64,000 bases of DNA from Bdellovibrionota bacterium. Its GTDB lineage: Bacteria; Bdellovibrionota_C; UBA2361; JBGSMV01. How positions within the stretch are numbered: position 1 is the first letter of the stretch; each line of letters opens with the position of its first letter. The stretch is from assembly GCA_044356455.1 (NCBI GenBank), contig JBIKWF010000002.1, positions 72,910 to 136,909 on the forward strand, in the 5' to 3' direction. The position numbers and the translations under genes were made by a program. Below are positions 29,265 through 40,720 of this stretch, piece by piece. Under the pieces are notes generated by a model. It was not told where the DNA came from and did not search any database. It saw nothing but the letters and a program-made list of their open reading frames with translations.

Positions 29265-31523
29265 ATGGAGAAGAATGCTCCTTCTAAAAAAGATGCGCAA
29301 CAAGAGCTCAGCATTCGCGGAATGACGTGCGCCTCCTGTGTGCGCCGCGTTGAGGGCACACTTCGGAACGTTGAGGGAGTAAGGGACGTCTCAGTTAATC
29401 TTGCGACCCATCGCGCGCAAATCTTCTACCTGCGAGGAGAAACAGATATACGAAAGCTCATTGAGGCAGTCAGCGCCGCAGGCTACGAAGCAAAAATCCT
29501 GGAGAACGGCGCCACAACGAACTTCGCCGACGAAGCACTAGAGAGCCTTCGCCACTCACTTAAGCGAAAAATCCTTCTTAGCGCTCCAATCGCTATTCTT
29601 TTGGTATGGGCGACTTTTCCTGGCATCATGCACAGCGCGCCGGACTTTCTTCATCTTGGCTGGGTGCAGCTTCTTCTCGCTGCTCCGGTGCAATTTTGGG
29701 CTGGAGCTGATTTCTACCGCAATGCATTCCGGGCCCTCAAACACCGCCTCGCTACCATGGATACGCTTGTCGTGCTCGGAACTTCCGTTGCCTTTTTCTA
29801 TTCGAGCTTTGTGGCGTTCTTCCCCTCGGTAGTTGCAGCAGCGGAAGTTTCCCCCATGCCATATTTTGATGCCTCGGTCGTTATCATTCTCTTTGTGTTG
29901 ATTGGACGATTTCTTGAGGATCGCGCGAAGGAGCGAACTTCCTCTGCAATCCGCCGTCTCCTCAGCCTTGAGGCCAAAACTGCGCGCAGAGTTCAAGGAG
30001 CCGAAGAAGTAGACGTTCCAATCGAAACCATTGCTCTTGGGGACATACTTCGTGTACGCCCCGGCGAAAAAATTCCCGTTGACGGCGAAGTTACCGACGG
30101 CGCCTCGGCCATCAACGAAGCTATGGTAACCGGAGAAAGCATACCGGTTGAGAAAGGAGTTGACAGCGAGGTTATAGGCGGCACGCTCAATACCACGGGA
30201 ACTTTCTTGTATCGCGCCACGCGTATTGGAAAGGACTCAACACTCGCTCGTATCGTGAAACTTGTTGAGCAAGCTCAAGGCAGCAAAGCAGAGATTCAGC
30301 GCCTGGCGGACTCAGTTGCTTCATATTTTGTCCCCACGGTCCTAATCCTCTCCGCCATTACTTTCGTTCTCTGGGCGCTTTTTGGTCCCGAGCCAGCCCT
30401 CACGCGGGCCACCATAAACGCAGTAGCGGTACTCATTGTGGCGTGCCCGTGCGCCATGGGGCTTGCAACACCAACTGCGATAATGGTGGCGGCAGGACGA
30501 GGCGCAGATAGTGGGATTCTGGTAAAAAATGCGCCGTCTCTCGAGCGACTGCATAGCATTGACACCGTGGTGTTTGACAAAACCGGCACGCTCACCGAAG
30601 GAAATCTCGAAGTTACTGACATCATCCCTTTCGGCGAGATGTCAGAAAACGACATCCTGAGCATCGCATCGACCTTAGAAAAAGGCTCTGAGCACCCACT
30701 TGCCGAAGCGATTCTTAAGCAGGCTGAACTACGTAAAATCCTCCTCGACCAGGCGACAGAGTTCTCAGCAATCCCAGGAAAGGGAGTTCGCGGCCTGATA
30801 CATGGAATTCCCTATCAGCTAGGCAATAGAGGATTGCTACAAATGCCGATGGGAACTCAGAAAAAGCAGAAGCTCGAATCCCTCGCGGCAGAGGGGAAAA
30901 CGGTAGTCCTCTTAGCTAAGGAAAGTTCTCTTGTCGGAATGATCGCAGCCAAAGATAAGGTCAGAACGTCGGCGCGCAGCACTATCGAGTGGCTACGCGA
31001 GCTTGGCATATCAAGCGTTCTGCTCACCGGGGATAACGAAAGCACCGCGAAGCGGGTAGCAGAAGAAATCGGCATCAAAGAAGTGTATGCTCAGACGTTG
31101 CCCCACGAAAAAGCTGCGCGTATTCAGCTGCTCAGAACCGACGGCAAGAAAGTGGCTATGGTAGGAGACGGCGTTAACGATGCGCCCGCACTTGCAGCAG
31201 CTGACGTGGGCATAGCCCTGAGCTCAGGCACCGATGTCGCAATGGACGCTGCCGATATTACCCTCCTCCATCGCGACTTAACCCTGGTTCCCCAGGCTAT
31301 ACTTCTTGCGCGAGCGACTATTCGAACAATTCGAATGAATCTCCTCTGGGCCTTCGGATACAATGCACTGCTCATCCCGCTTGCGATGGGAGCGCTCTAT
31401 CCGATGTGGGGCTTACTCCTCGATCCCATGCTCGCTTCGGCTGCCATGGCACTAAGCTCTGTGTTTGTCGTGGGTAACTCTCTAAGGCTTCGAACCGCGG
31501 AACTACTGACCAAGTGTGTTTGA
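29265..31523 (+). CDS. copA: Cu(I)-translocating P1B-type ATPase
   Basis: GMTCASC, TGES, CPC, DKTGT, SEHP, GDGVNDAP, YN and MALSS. Confidence 0.93.
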   Translation: MEKNAPSKKDAQQELSIRGMTCASCVRRVEGTLRNVEGVRDVSVNLATHRAQIFYLRGETDIRKLIEAVSAAGYEAKILENGATTNFADEALESLRHSLKRKILLSAPIAILLVWATFPGIMHSAPDFLHLGWVQLLLAAPVQFWAGADFYRNAFRALKHRLATMDTLVVLGTSVAFFYSSFVAFFPSVVAAAEVSPMPYFDASVVIILFVLIGRFLEDRAKERTSSAIRRLLSLEAKTARRVQGAEEVDVPIETIALGDILRVRPGEKIPVDGEVTDGASAINEAMVTGESIPVEKGVDSEVIGGTLNTTGTFLYRATRIGKDSTLARIVKLVEQAQGSKAEIQRLADSVASYFVPTVLILSAITFVLWALFGPEPALTRATINAVAVLIVACPCAMGLATPTAIMVAAGRGADSGILVKNAPSLERLHSIDTVVFDKTGTLTEGNLEVTDIIPFGEMSENDILSIASTLEKGSEHPLAEAILKQAELRKILLDQATEFSAIPGKGVRGLIHGIPYQLGNRGLLQMPMGTQKKQKLESLAAEGKTVVLLAKESSLVGMIAAKDKVRTSARSTIEWLRELGISSVLLTGDNESTAKRVAEEIGIKEVYAQTLPHEKAARIQLLRTDGKKVAMVGDGVNDAPALAAADVGIALSSGTDVAMDAADITLLHRDLTLVPQAILLARATIRTIRMNLLWAFGYNALLIPLAMGALYPMWGLLLDPMLASAAMALSSVFVVGNSLRLRTAELLTKCV

Positions 31524-31648
31524 TCGGGTTCGAATCCACTATAGCGATGGCACTCACCGGCCTATAGGAAACTTTCCCGCACAATTTCCGATAAGAACGG
31601 CGGCTCTACGGCACCGCGATTGCGGGCCCTAAAAGAAGGAGACTCGTT

Positions 31649-32095
31649 ATGTTTACTAATGGCAGTAGCGGAACTCGCACCATCACAATTCCCGCTTCCG
31701 TATCCAACCCTGTGGAACTTAATGCGAACCGTCCCGTAGTAATTACCCCCGATATTCAACGCTTCGCTTCACCTCAGACGGCTCGAAGGGAAGATGTTAC
31801 TGTTCCGCTCGCTCAGATCAAAATGTCACGACAAGCAACTATGCCCGTTGATCCAGAGAGACTGGCAGAAGCAGGGAAAGCCGCAGTGGAGCTCAGCATG
31901 ATTTCCCAAATGCCCCTCAAGGATCGTTCTCCGAGTCTCAATGAACGCGTGGCAGGACTTCAGGCGCTTCTTCGAATCACACCTTTTGCAAGCCGCGAGG
32001 AGTTTCTTCAATATCAGTTGATAGCTCAGAACAACTTTACCTCATTACGCCCAGAGCCTCCGGGTGCAGCTATTTCAAGAGCAATTCGAGGATAG
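31649..32095 (+). CDS. Hypothetical protein
   Basis: 148-aa ORF with strong aaggag RBS. Confidence 0.65.
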   Translation: MFTNGSSGTRTITIPASVSNPVELNANRPVVITPDIQRFASPQTARREDVTVPLAQIKMSRQATMPVDPERLAEAGKAAVELSMISQMPLKDRSPSLNERVAGLQALLRITPFASREEFLQYQLIAQNNFTSLRPEPPGAAISRAIRG

Positions 32096-32317
32096 CCTAA
32101 CATTTAAGCATAAATTGGCTTGGATGGGGGATTCGGAGAGCAGTGTCTACGAGAATGTGGCAGTGCAGTAGGAGTGCCCATCGAAGTGGAGCTGGGCTGG
32201 CGCCGGTAAAAGTGTGAAGAGAAGATCCTTACCGATAACCGGCGCGCAATCCCTGACGAGATATCCTCCGAAACGAACAGCCGACGTAGAGACTTCCTCT
32301 GAACGACGCCGAGGGCA

Positions 32318-32752
32318 TCATTCAGAAGAGCCATTTGTACCCTCCTTAGCGTTTGCTGATGGAGCAGCATTCTGCGTGGGGCCCCACCTGACCTCGAGCG
32401 CATTCGAGGCAATCGAACCGAGCATAAGGCACCACAAGGGACGCGAGATGAGCATGAGTAGCCCCTCGGTGCCCGGAGTTGCATTGGCCGCCGATGCGTA
32501 GGAGTGAATCATCCACACCGTCAGGTAAACAACGAAGAGACATCCCAGTGGCGCATCGTAATAGGACATCATCATGCGCATGCCGAAGAACAGAAGGAAC
32601 GCAAAGCCAAGGGTCTTTGCGAAGTCCCAGAAGGTGGACGAGCCAAAGAAAAGGCCCGACCCAAAGTAATCAACGACCAACGCCAGTGCAACGCACACCG
32701 GCACCTGAATAGCGAACGACATTTTCGAGACGGGAGCGCGCGGAAATGACAC
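32318..32752 (-). CDS. Hypothetical membrane protein (~4 TM)
   Basis: Several hydrophobic segments; GTG start. Confidence 0.6.
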   Translation of the reverse strand: MSFPRAPVSKMSFAIQVPVCVALALVVDYFGSGLFFGSSTFWDFAKTLGFAFLLFFGMRMMMSYYDAPLGCLFVVYLTVWMIHSYASAANATPGTEGLLMLISRPLWCLMLGSIASNALEVRWGPTQNAAPSANAKEGTNGSSE

Positions 32753-32938
32753 AAAACCTACCTTTCTGCCCGAAGGCGAAAAAACCTCTCTTCACACTTT
32801 ACCCGACAAAAGATTTTTAAAGGATCTATCCGATCCAGAGGATATAGCGGATTTCATTCGCTACAAAGCTTTTTGGGCTAATGGGAGAGTAGAGAAGCGG
32901 GAGTGGAGGTAGTGGGCCTGAGAGAGCACGGCAGGAAG

Positions 32939-32994
32939 AAAAAAGGAGGGGCAAGAGACTTGGGGGTCTTCGGCCCCTCGTCTCTCGCCCCTCC
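32939..32994 (-). terminator. Long intrinsic terminator hairpin
   Basis: ggaggggcaagagac...gtctctcgcccctcc stem preceded by an A-run (U-tail on the minus strand), downstream of 33071. Confidence 0.7.
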
Positions 32995-33070
32995 CAGGGT
33001 GGTGGGATACTGCGACAATCCTTTGTCCATCCATCGAGCTTAACAACGCGATGGCTCCAATTGGGTTATC

Positions 33071-34162
33071 TTATCTCTGTACTGTTTCGAGCTGCGAGGC
33101 ATTCATCCATATTTTACTGCAAAATCCATGTTGATAACTTTCATCCTGGCAAGGTAGTTCAACACGGCAGCCCTCATACGTATTGCCCCACATCTCAAAC
33201 TGGAGTGATTCTCCAGGATTCAGCGTGACTTTGAAGGTTGGGAAGAAATAACTAATGTGAGGATAGCTGGTTGACTTAGCCACACCATATTTTAGCTTCG
33301 GGGCAACAGCACTCTGACGAACCGTGTAGATTGGACCCTCAACCCAGTTAAGAAAATGCATACTTCTATCCTGGCTAAGAATGAAAGTTCTCGGCGATCT
33401 AACAGAGTCTGGGTTTGTCGCATCTCGTACCATCGCAATCACCCCAATATCGTAAGGGCAGCGCATCGCAACATATCCCGACACTTCCATGAGGGCGTTC
33501 GAGTCGTTACGCCACTCATCCGCATCAGCTGGAGAGATACGACCGCTGGCATGATTATTCGGCCATTCATCAGTTGACATCCCATTAAAAAGAAGCGGCT
33601 CGAGCCGCGTGAGCCCATCTTGTGTTGCATTTGCGGTCACCCGCTGGATGGGAGGCTCAGCGAATCTGAATTGGCGCTTGATGTGGGTGAGGGTCGCAGG
33701 AACAAAACGAAAGTCGGCACCTTCCGCACGTGGCCCTTGAGGTCCTGGCTCTCCCTGCGGCCCTTGGGGCCCAGCCTCTCCCTGCAGCCCCTGTACCCCC
33801 TGTACCCCCTGCAGCCCCTGCAGCCCCTGTAGCCCCTGTAGCCCCTGAGCTCCACGCTCGCCTTGTGGACCTTGAGGTCCAGTATCTCCCTTGGGTCCTT
33901 TGAGCTCCCCGCTACTCAACTTTATCTGCAAAGAAGAAATCTCGAGTTTGGTAGATTCTAATGACTTACCAGCCTCATAAGTGCGGCGGTCAAGCTCGGT
34001 GAGCCTCTGGTCCTGAGTTTTCTGTGAATTGCTCAAACGGCGCACACCTGCCCGCGCAACTTTATCTAGAATCTCAACCTTCTGCGCTTGAGCATGCGAC
34101 TCCGCCGTAGCCAAGATCGCACTAAGCCCAAGTCCTAAGAGGAATCCACACTTCAAATTCAT
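33071..34162 (-). CDS. Secreted collagen-like protein
   Basis: Signal peptide (…AESHA), coiled coil, 19 Gly-X-Y triplets, globular C-terminus; ggagg RBS. Confidence 0.85.
   Translation of the reverse strand: MNLKCGFLLGLGLSAILATAESHAQAQKVEILDKVARAGVRRLSNSQKTQDQRLTELDRRTYEAGKSLESTKLEISSLQIKLSSGELKGPKGDTGPQGPQGERGAQGLQGLQGLQGLQGVQGVQGLQGEAGPQGPQGEPGPQGPRAEGADFRFVPATLTHIKRQFRFAEPPIQRVTANATQDGLTRLEPLLFNGMSTDEWPNNHASGRISPADADEWRNDSNALMEVSGYVAMRCPYDIGVIAMVRDATNPDSVRSPRTFILSQDRSMHFLNWVEGPIYTVRQSAVAPKLKYGVAKSTSYPHISYFFPTFKVTLNPGESLQFEMWGNTYEGCRVELPCQDESYQHGFCSKIWMNASQLETVQR
33780..33848. repeat. 9-bp tandem repeat (GLQ/GVQ codons)
   Basis: ccctgcagc/ccctgtacc/ccctgtagc units. Confidence 0.8.
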
Positions 34163-34293
34163 AGCCCTATAACCTCCAGCCCTTAAGTAAATGCTTCTCA
34201 CACGAGATGTCCCGCGCGAGGAGAAGTTCGCTGCCCGCCTCGCGAGTTCTTATCAAGGAATATGCAGCCGAAGTGTTTAGGCGTGACTTAAAA

Positions 34294-34308
34294 TGGGAAA
34301 ATAGTCCA
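34294..34308. promoter_or_regulatory. Candidate operator palindrome
   Basis: TGGGAAAATAGTCCA preceded by ACTTAAAA, same context as 36831. Confidence 0.55.
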
Positions 34309-34443
34309 TTTTTTATGATATCGCTGAGACGTGCTGTTTCGCCTTTAAGCTCATTATTTCAATAGCTTAGATTGAGCCTTAAAATCTGTACTATCCCAGA
34401 GGAAGCGCCGATAGGATATTAAAGGGGAAAAAATCTCACTTCT

Positions 34444-35289
34444 ATGAGCGCGCAATTACCACCTCTCAAAGCACCGCATGCCGTAAAGCTCATGAAACCC
34501 GTGCTTCGCTTGCTGCTTCGTGCAGGGCTTAGATTCCAAGAGCTGCTTGAAGTACTCAAAGTTGCCTTGGTTGAACTTGCCTCGGAAGAAATAAATCGAG
34601 TCTCATCAAAAGTTAACCCAAGCCGAGTGAGCGTGCTCTCGGGTCTTCACCGCAAAGATTCGACCAGAATTCTGAAGAACCGAGAAGTAAAAGAGGTTAC
34701 TCGGGGAGGTGTTATCGCAAAAATACTTGCGCGCTGGGAAGCCGATTCGCGCTTCACCACGAAACAAGGCGCGCCTCGCACCCTTTCATTCGGTCCACCA
34801 GAAAGTGAATTTAGCGCTTTAGTACGGGCGGAAAGCTCCGATTTTAACCCTGGAACAGTGCTGTTTGAACTTGAGCGAATGAAAGTTATACAGCGCACTC
34901 CTCGAGGATTGAAGCTACTCGAAGGCGTTTTTACTAACGTAGAAGATGCTTCTGAGGGGTGGGAAATGCTCGCTCATGATACCGAGCTTCTTATTCAGAG
35001 TGTGGTGCAGAATCTGAGCGAACCTGAAAAGTTAAGAAACCTTCATGCCCGCACGGAATACGACAATGTCTTCTTGGATACGGTTCCCGAGATTCGCCGC
35101 TGGCTTGCCGAGGAAGGCAAGGCTTTTCATAAACGAGTGCGAGAGTTTTTGTCCGATAGAGATAAGGATCTCGCGAGCAATCAGAAAGATAGGCCCTCGG
35201 GAGTGCGTGTATCATTTGGCTCATTTAGCGCGATACAACTGCCGCAATCGAGCAATGAAGAACATCGCACGCTCAAGAAAGGTGACTAG
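34444..35289 (+). CDS. DUF6502-family protein (putative DNA-binding)
   Basis: LMKPVLRLLLRAGL...SRVSVLSGLHRKD...W...F..LV...PGTVLFEL pattern, ~280 aa. Confidence 0.75.
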   Translation: MSAQLPPLKAPHAVKLMKPVLRLLLRAGLRFQELLEVLKVALVELASEEINRVSSKVNPSRVSVLSGLHRKDSTRILKNREVKEVTRGGVIAKILARWEADSRFTTKQGAPRTLSFGPPESEFSALVRAESSDFNPGTVLFELERMKVIQRTPRGLKLLEGVFTNVEDASEGWEMLAHDTELLIQSVVQNLSEPEKLRNLHARTEYDNVFLDTVPEIRRWLAEEGKAFHKRVREFLSDRDKDLASNQKDRPSGVRVSFGSFSAIQLPQSSNEEHRTLKKGD

Positions 35290-35397
35290 GGGTCTGTCCC
35301 GTTCGAAACTTCTGCCGCTAGATGTTTTGGTGGCTGCGGGACAGCCCCCTACGGAGTACATCCGAAATTAAGATTTATGTTTCTAGGGGACACACTC
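35290..35397. mobile_element. 108-bp MITE (family B) flanked by CTAG duplication
   Basis: CTAG|GGGTCTGTCCCGT ... AGGGGACACACTC|CTAG; right ~70 bp similar to the IS1182 end at 16560-16636. Confidence 0.8.
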
Positions 35398-35407
35398 CTA
35401 GCACACA

Positions 35408-35710
35408 TTACATTTCTTCAATGGCGGGACTTATGTCGGAACTGGGTATCGAGATTTCGGTAGAGATACTGCCATTCGTGTTTGTAGTGCTGCAAGTACC
35501 ACCGCCGAAAGTAGAGGAAGGCGGCTTATTCGGCAGTGAGGGGCTGTTCAGTCCTGCAGCTTCAAGCTGAGTAGCGGCGGAGCAGACGCGAGAAGTAACG
35601 GTTTTACCGAACATCCTCCCCCCTGCGACCATCATAAGGGCCACCAAGCCAACGAGCAGCAGTGTCTCAACGAGCGATGAGCCAGATTGTCGGAGGTAAG
35701 GACGTCGCAT
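35408..35710 (-). CDS. Flp/type IV pilin-like protein
   Basis: Prepilin motif RQSG|SSLVE then a hydrophobic helix; C-terminal Cys pair. Confidence 0.65.
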   Translation of the reverse strand: MRRPYLRQSGSSLVETLLLVGLVALMMVAGGRMFGKTVTSRVCSAATQLEAAGLNSPSLPNKPPSSTFGGGTCSTTNTNGSISTEISIPSSDISPAIEEM

Positions 35711-35959
35711 ACCCCCTGATCGCGGGGAAGAGAAGAACTGCTTCAGGGACCAGAACATGTGAAATCCCTAGGCATTAGTCTGCGTACCTAGACAGAGAAA
35801 CCCGCGGGGGAGCCCTTAAGAGAGAACCGGGAATAGCAGCTACTAACGTTGCCTAGTGAATTCTCTCACTCCAAAGCACCTGAGAGAGTTGTATTCTGCC
35901 CTCGTTTTGCAGTGCCTAAGTTGGGGGCACTTATGATGCAAGTGCCCCCAACAGACAGG

Positions 35960-36742
35960 CTACCTGTAGGTGAACGGGCAGAGCAGGATATAATTCAGAA
36001 TTCCTCTGTTTACGTGCAATCCCGCCATGTACCACCCGCGCGGGGGCACATTGAGCTGCCGAGTCGGTTGACCAGGATAGAGCGAGCAGCCTGGTGCTCC
36101 ATTGCATTGAGAGTTGTACGAATCAGCCCAGATGCATCCCGCTCCACCCTCAGGCAATCCAAGCCCCGCAGGATTCGCTATACCAGCCGGGCCTACGGCG
36201 CCTTCCGGTCCCTGGGGCCCCTCTGGTCCGACAGGACCTTGAGCTCCTGTCTCTCCTTTTTCTCCACGCGGCCCTTGCAAACCTTGGTCGCCCTGCGGGC
36301 CCGCAGGACCAGTTTCCCCTTGTATACCCCGGATACCTTGAATTCCCTGAGGGCCTCGCTCTCCAGTTTCGCCTTTCGGCCCCGTAGGGCCTATGGGGCC
36401 TTGATCGCCCCTCGGCCCAACGGACGCAGCGATTTTTTCGTCAATTATTTTATTCGAGATCTTAGTGATATCTTCAGGCGAGGGAATGGAGACTACTGCG
36501 CGAAATCCCTTACGACATTTGCCGCTACTTCCAAGCTCTAGCGCCTGCACTCGAGTCGTAGGACTGATGTTGCGCCCCTCCTGCTTGATGTTCTTCCGCT
36601 GACAGAGAGTAATGCTTTGAGCGGACGCAGAGGTTACTAAGGAAGTTAGCCCCGTAAGCAAAAGTGCGGCGATTAAGACACCCCGCTTCGTCGTTATGTG
36701 AGACGCAAGATCGACCAGATAGTACCGCGAAGAATGAATCAT
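35960..36742 (-). CDS. Secreted collagen-like protein
   Basis: Signal peptide (…SASA), 27 Gly-X-Y triplets, small Cys-rich C-terminal domain. Confidence 0.85.
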   Translation of the reverse strand: MIHSSRYYLVDLASHITTKRGVLIAALLLTGLTSLVTSASAQSITLCQRKNIKQEGRNISPTTRVQALELGSSGKCRKGFRAVVSIPSPEDITKISNKIIDEKIAASVGPRGDQGPIGPTGPKGETGERGPQGIQGIRGIQGETGPAGPQGDQGLQGPRGEKGETGAQGPVGPEGPQGPEGAVGPAGIANPAGLGLPEGGAGCIWADSYNSQCNGAPGCSLYPGQPTRQLNVPPRGWYMAGLHVNRGILNYILLCPFTYR

Positions 36743-36830
36743 ACGAGCTCCCTATTTTTACTTGCGGCGTACATGCTCCGCAGATTTCAAAGGGAGTTAT
36801 TAGGGGGCTGTGGTTTGGAGCAACTTAAAA

Positions 36831-36845
36831 TGGGAGAATTTCCCA
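36831..36845. promoter_or_regulatory. Candidate operator palindrome
   Basis: TGGGAGAATTTCCCA, near-perfect palindrome ~90 bp upstream of 36742. Confidence 0.6.
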
Positions 36846-37004
36846 CTACTGTGCAATTCTCTTTGGACTGCGGCGATCGTAAGTATCTAGATCGACAGAG
36901 AACTTGGCCGACTCAAGAAAATGGTCGCCCGAAGATGAACTCATCAACCAAAGGCGGGGGGTGACTTTGCTGCAATCACCGGTTCCTAAAGGAGAAATAC
37001 ATTA

Positions 37005-38450
37005 CTAATCACAGGTATATACCGTTACCTCTTCGTTTCGCCCTCGCACCTTCACCGCCCCAATTTTTCGAAGCTGCTTACTGAAAGATCCTTGAAGGCC
37101 GTACGCCGTGTATTCACTAATGAGCAAATCCACCCCAAGCTCTTTCGTGTGTGACTCTAGGCGACTGGCAAGATTAACGGGATCTCCTATCGCGGTATAC
37201 TCCATACGCTTGGAGGACCCGATGTTTCCTACGATGGCATGCCCTGAGTTAATTCCCATCCCGATTCGAAGCTCCACACCGTGGCGCTCGCGAATTTTCA
37301 CTGCAATTTCCGAGAGTGCTTGCCTCATTTCAAGGGCCGCACGCAAGGCGTGCTCTTCTTGATCGGGATCCTCTGCGGGTGCCCCAAAAATTGCCATAAG
37401 CCCATCACCGATGAACTTATCCAGCGTTCCATTATTCCGGAATACAATCTCAACCATTCTTTCAAAGTAGTCGTTCAAGACTCCCACTACCTCCTCTGGT
37501 TTTAGATGTTCCGACATGGCCGTAAATCCGCGAATGTCAGAGAAAAGAACGGTAACCCGGCGGCGCGTCCCCTTCATTTCAGTAGGATTACCACTCGCCA
37601 GAATGGCATCGGCTACTTGATGCGAAACATACCGAGAGAAGGCTGATTTAACCCTCTCGCGCTCCTCCAGGCCTTTCGCCATCGTCGAAAGCTCGTTGAG
37701 CGCATCGCCGAATTCATCTTTGCGTTCAGAAGGCAGAGCTCCTGAGAAATTTCCTCGCGCTACCGCTCGCATCCCCTCTTGGAGACTATGAAGCGGGCGA
37801 AGCACGAGGCGAGTGGTAAAAAGTGCGGCCAGCAAGCTAAGCGCAATACTTAGCCCAAGGACGAGGAGTCCGTAGGTGAAAAAACGCTTCTCAAACCCGA
37901 GTACCCGCCGGCTATCAATGTCAACCGCCACTGCGGCAATAGCTTCTCCTTCCGAATTTCGTATCGGATAGAAAGCCGTGAGCCAACGGCCCCATTCATC
38001 TTGGATAAAATCGTCGAAAACCTGAGGCTTTGATATATCGATATCCTTCAACTCTTGGGCTCTTACTACATCACCAAGATGAGATACCTTTGCTGGGTCT
38101 TCTTCGGCATCGACCACGAACATTAGAAGATGAGGGGCTTCGGCAGACCGAGCCACCGTGTAAAGATACGAAACTCGCGTGTCCTCTCGACGATTCGCAT
38201 TCCGAATTCGGCGCAGAAGGTCTCGAATCCTGACATACGCGGCAGAGCCCTCATCATTTCGCGTTCGAAGCGTCGCGTGCAGACTCGGATCGATGGCCTC
38301 GGCCGTAGCAGCCGCCATCGAGAGTGCCTTTGCCTGAAAGGTCTCGAAAATCGTCTTACGCGCTCGATATTCAAGCAGCGCTGCAATCGCGACACTACTC
38401 GCGACTGCGAGACTTATCATGATGAGAAGAAGTTTGGTGCGAAAAAGCAT
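37005..38450 (-). CDS. Class III adenylate/guanylate cyclase with periplasmic sensor and HAMP
   Basis: Two TMs, HAMP, FSDIRGFT, DKFIGDG, YTAIGDPVNLASRLE. Confidence 0.95.
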   Translation of the reverse strand: MLFRTKLLLIMISLAVASSVAIAALLEYRARKTIFETFQAKALSMAAATAEAIDPSLHATLRTRNDEGSAAYVRIRDLLRRIRNANRREDTRVSYLYTVARSAEAPHLLMFVVDAEEDPAKVSHLGDVVRAQELKDIDISKPQVFDDFIQDEWGRWLTAFYPIRNSEGEAIAAVAVDIDSRRVLGFEKRFFTYGLLVLGLSIALSLLAALFTTRLVLRPLHSLQEGMRAVARGNFSGALPSERKDEFGDALNELSTMAKGLEERERVKSAFSRYVSHQVADAILASGNPTEMKGTRRRVTVLFSDIRGFTAMSEHLKPEEVVGVLNDYFERMVEIVFRNNGTLDKFIGDGLMAIFGAPAEDPDQEEHALRAALEMRQALSEIAVKIRERHGVELRIGMGINSGHAIVGNIGSSKRMEYTAIGDPVNLASRLESHTKELGVDLLISEYTAYGLQGSFSKQLRKIGAVKVRGRNEEVTVYTCD

Positions 38451-38511
38451 GCCGCTACATTATTATTGGTCGTAGCGCTTGGAACAGCACAAATCGGACA
38501 TTTTTCTTCTT

Positions 38512-38758
38512 GGATACCTTCTGAAGAACTTTGATTTCCCTTGGCGTCATTCCCTAAAGTATCGTGTGCCAGTGAAATTTGGGGTTAACGCGAAGCCACG
38601 TAAGCCTCGAGGCTGCGGGGAAAGGGATTCAGTGCGACCTCGGCGAAGCCGTATGGCGTAGACGGCTCCGCGTTACTTGAAAACTAATGAATAACGCGGG
38701 GTACCCGAAGGAAAAACAGCTCAGAGGAAAACAAATCTGGGGGCTTTTCAGAGGCTCC
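38512..38758. mobile_element. MITE-like element (family A)
   Basis: Right end GCTTTTCAGAGGCTCC|CTAA; interior similar to 4388-4483; degenerate left end. Confidence 0.6.
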
Positions 38759-38800
38759 CTAAGAAGTCGCTCTTTAACCCAGGACAACTGATCGGCATCA

Positions 38801-40720
38801 TCAAGTGTCACCAAAGATCTTCTTTCTGAGCTGTAAGTGCACCTCATGATAGGCTACCGGGTCTCCCTCTATACCCAAGCGGGTGGCGAGAGCTCTTAGC
38901 CCCATATCAGTTCCTGGCACGCGATAAGCGGCTTTCTGCTTTTGCCTCATCTCGCTCCACTGTTGAGCCGTCATTTTCTCGATTATCTTGGCTGCCAACT
39001 GATCAGGTGTCGCGCACTCCTTGAACAGCTTTTCTGAAATGACAGTGAATTCGCCAAAGATTTTTTTGCCCAGTTGTAAGTGAACCTTGTGATAGCCTAT
39101 CGGGTCTCCCTCTATACCAAAACGGGTGGCGAGAGCTTTTAGCCCCATATCAGCTCCTGGCACGCGATAAGATGCTTTCTGCTTGCTGGTCATCTCACTC
39201 CAATGTTGCGCCGTCATTTTCTCTTTTATCTTGACCGCAAGTTGTTCAGGTGTCGCGCGCTCTAGAAACAGCCTTTCTGAAATGGCAATGCCTTCGCGAA
39301 AGATCTTTTCGCCTAGCTGCAAGTGGACACCCTGATTGTCTATCGGACTTCCCCCGATACCCATGCGTGTGGCGAGTCTCTTGAGCCCCATATCAGAGCC
39401 AGGCACGCGGTAAGCGCCTTTCTGCTTCTGCGTCATCTCACTCCATTGCTTAGCCGTCATTTCCTCCTTGACCTTGGCCGCCAGCTGTTCTGGTGTCACG
39501 CTCTCAAAAAACAGCTTTTCTGAAATGACGGTGCCTTCACCAAAGATCTTTTCCCCGAGGCGCAAGTGATCCTTGTGATTGGTTATGGGACTTCCCGGGA
39601 TACCCATGCGTGTGGCGAGGGCTCTTAGCCCCAAATTCGTTCCCGGCACGCGATAAGCCTTTTTCTGGCTCACCTTCATTCCCCTCCAGTTCTCAGCAGT
39701 CGCTTCTTCTCTGACCTTTGCTGCCAACTGTTCCGCTGTCGCATACTCAACGAACAGCTTTTCAGAGATGACAGTGCCTTCCCCAAAGATCTTTTGGCCC
39801 AGTTGTAAGTGAAACGCTTTAGTGGTCACAGGGTCTCCCTTTACACCAAAAAGTGTGGCGAGAGCCCTAAGCCGAATTTCAGTACCGGGAACTTGATACG
39901 ATTTTCTCTGCGCTTCCGTCATCTCGCTCCAATGCTGAGCCGTCAATTTCTCTCTGATCCTGACTCCTAACTGTTCAGGTGTCGCGCGCTCTATGATCAG
40001 CTCCTCTGAAATGACGGTGCCTTCGCCGAAGATCCTTTCGCCCAGCTGTAAGTGAACCTCGTGGTGGCCTATTGGTTCTCCCCCAACATCGAAACGTGTG
40101 GCGAGTCGTGTAAGTCCCATATCAGTTCCGGGCACACGGAAAGCTGATTTTGCTTTACTCGTCATCAGGCACCATTCCGCGGCCGTCATTTTCTCCCTGA
40201 TCTTGGCTGCCAGCTGATCAGGTGTCGCGCGCTGAACAAAGAGCTCTTCTGAAATGGCGGTGCCATCGCCAAAAATCTTTTCGCCAAGTTGCAAGTGGAC
40301 GTCGTGATTGCTTATGGGACTTCCCGTGATACCCACGCGTCTGGCGAGCTTTGTTAGCCCCATATCCGAGCCGGGCACGCGATAAGCCAATTTCTGCTTC
40401 TGCGTCATCTCGCTCCATTGCTTAGCCGTCATTTCCTCTCTGACCTTGGCCGCAAGCTGTTCAGGTGTCGCGCGCTCAAAGAAAAGCTTATCCGAAATAA
40501 CAGTGCCTTCACCAAAAATCTTCGCTCCCAGCTCTAAATGATAGACGTGATTGCCTATAGGATTGCCAGTAAGGCCAGATAGCCCGAAGCGCCCCGCAAG
40601 CGCAGTTAAGCCCATGTTGGTACCAGGCACGCGGTAAGCGCGTTTTTGCGTCTGCGACATGCGGCACCAAACTTCTGGTGACATAGATTGGGCAGCCTTG
40701 ATTGCATCTCTCAGACCCTC
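38801..40720. repeat. 243-bp coding tandem repeat array
   Basis: tcaggtgtcgc-type anchor recurs at 243-bp spacing (e.g. 39003, 39246). Confidence 0.92.

Noticed and set aside
35849..36541. 230-aa plus-strand ORF
   Set aside because: Antisense shadow of the collagen repeat gene.
38801..40720. 243-bp array as a CRISPR array or DGR template/variable pair
   Set aside because: The units are contiguous in-frame coding repeats without spacers, and there is no cas or reverse transcriptase gene in the window.
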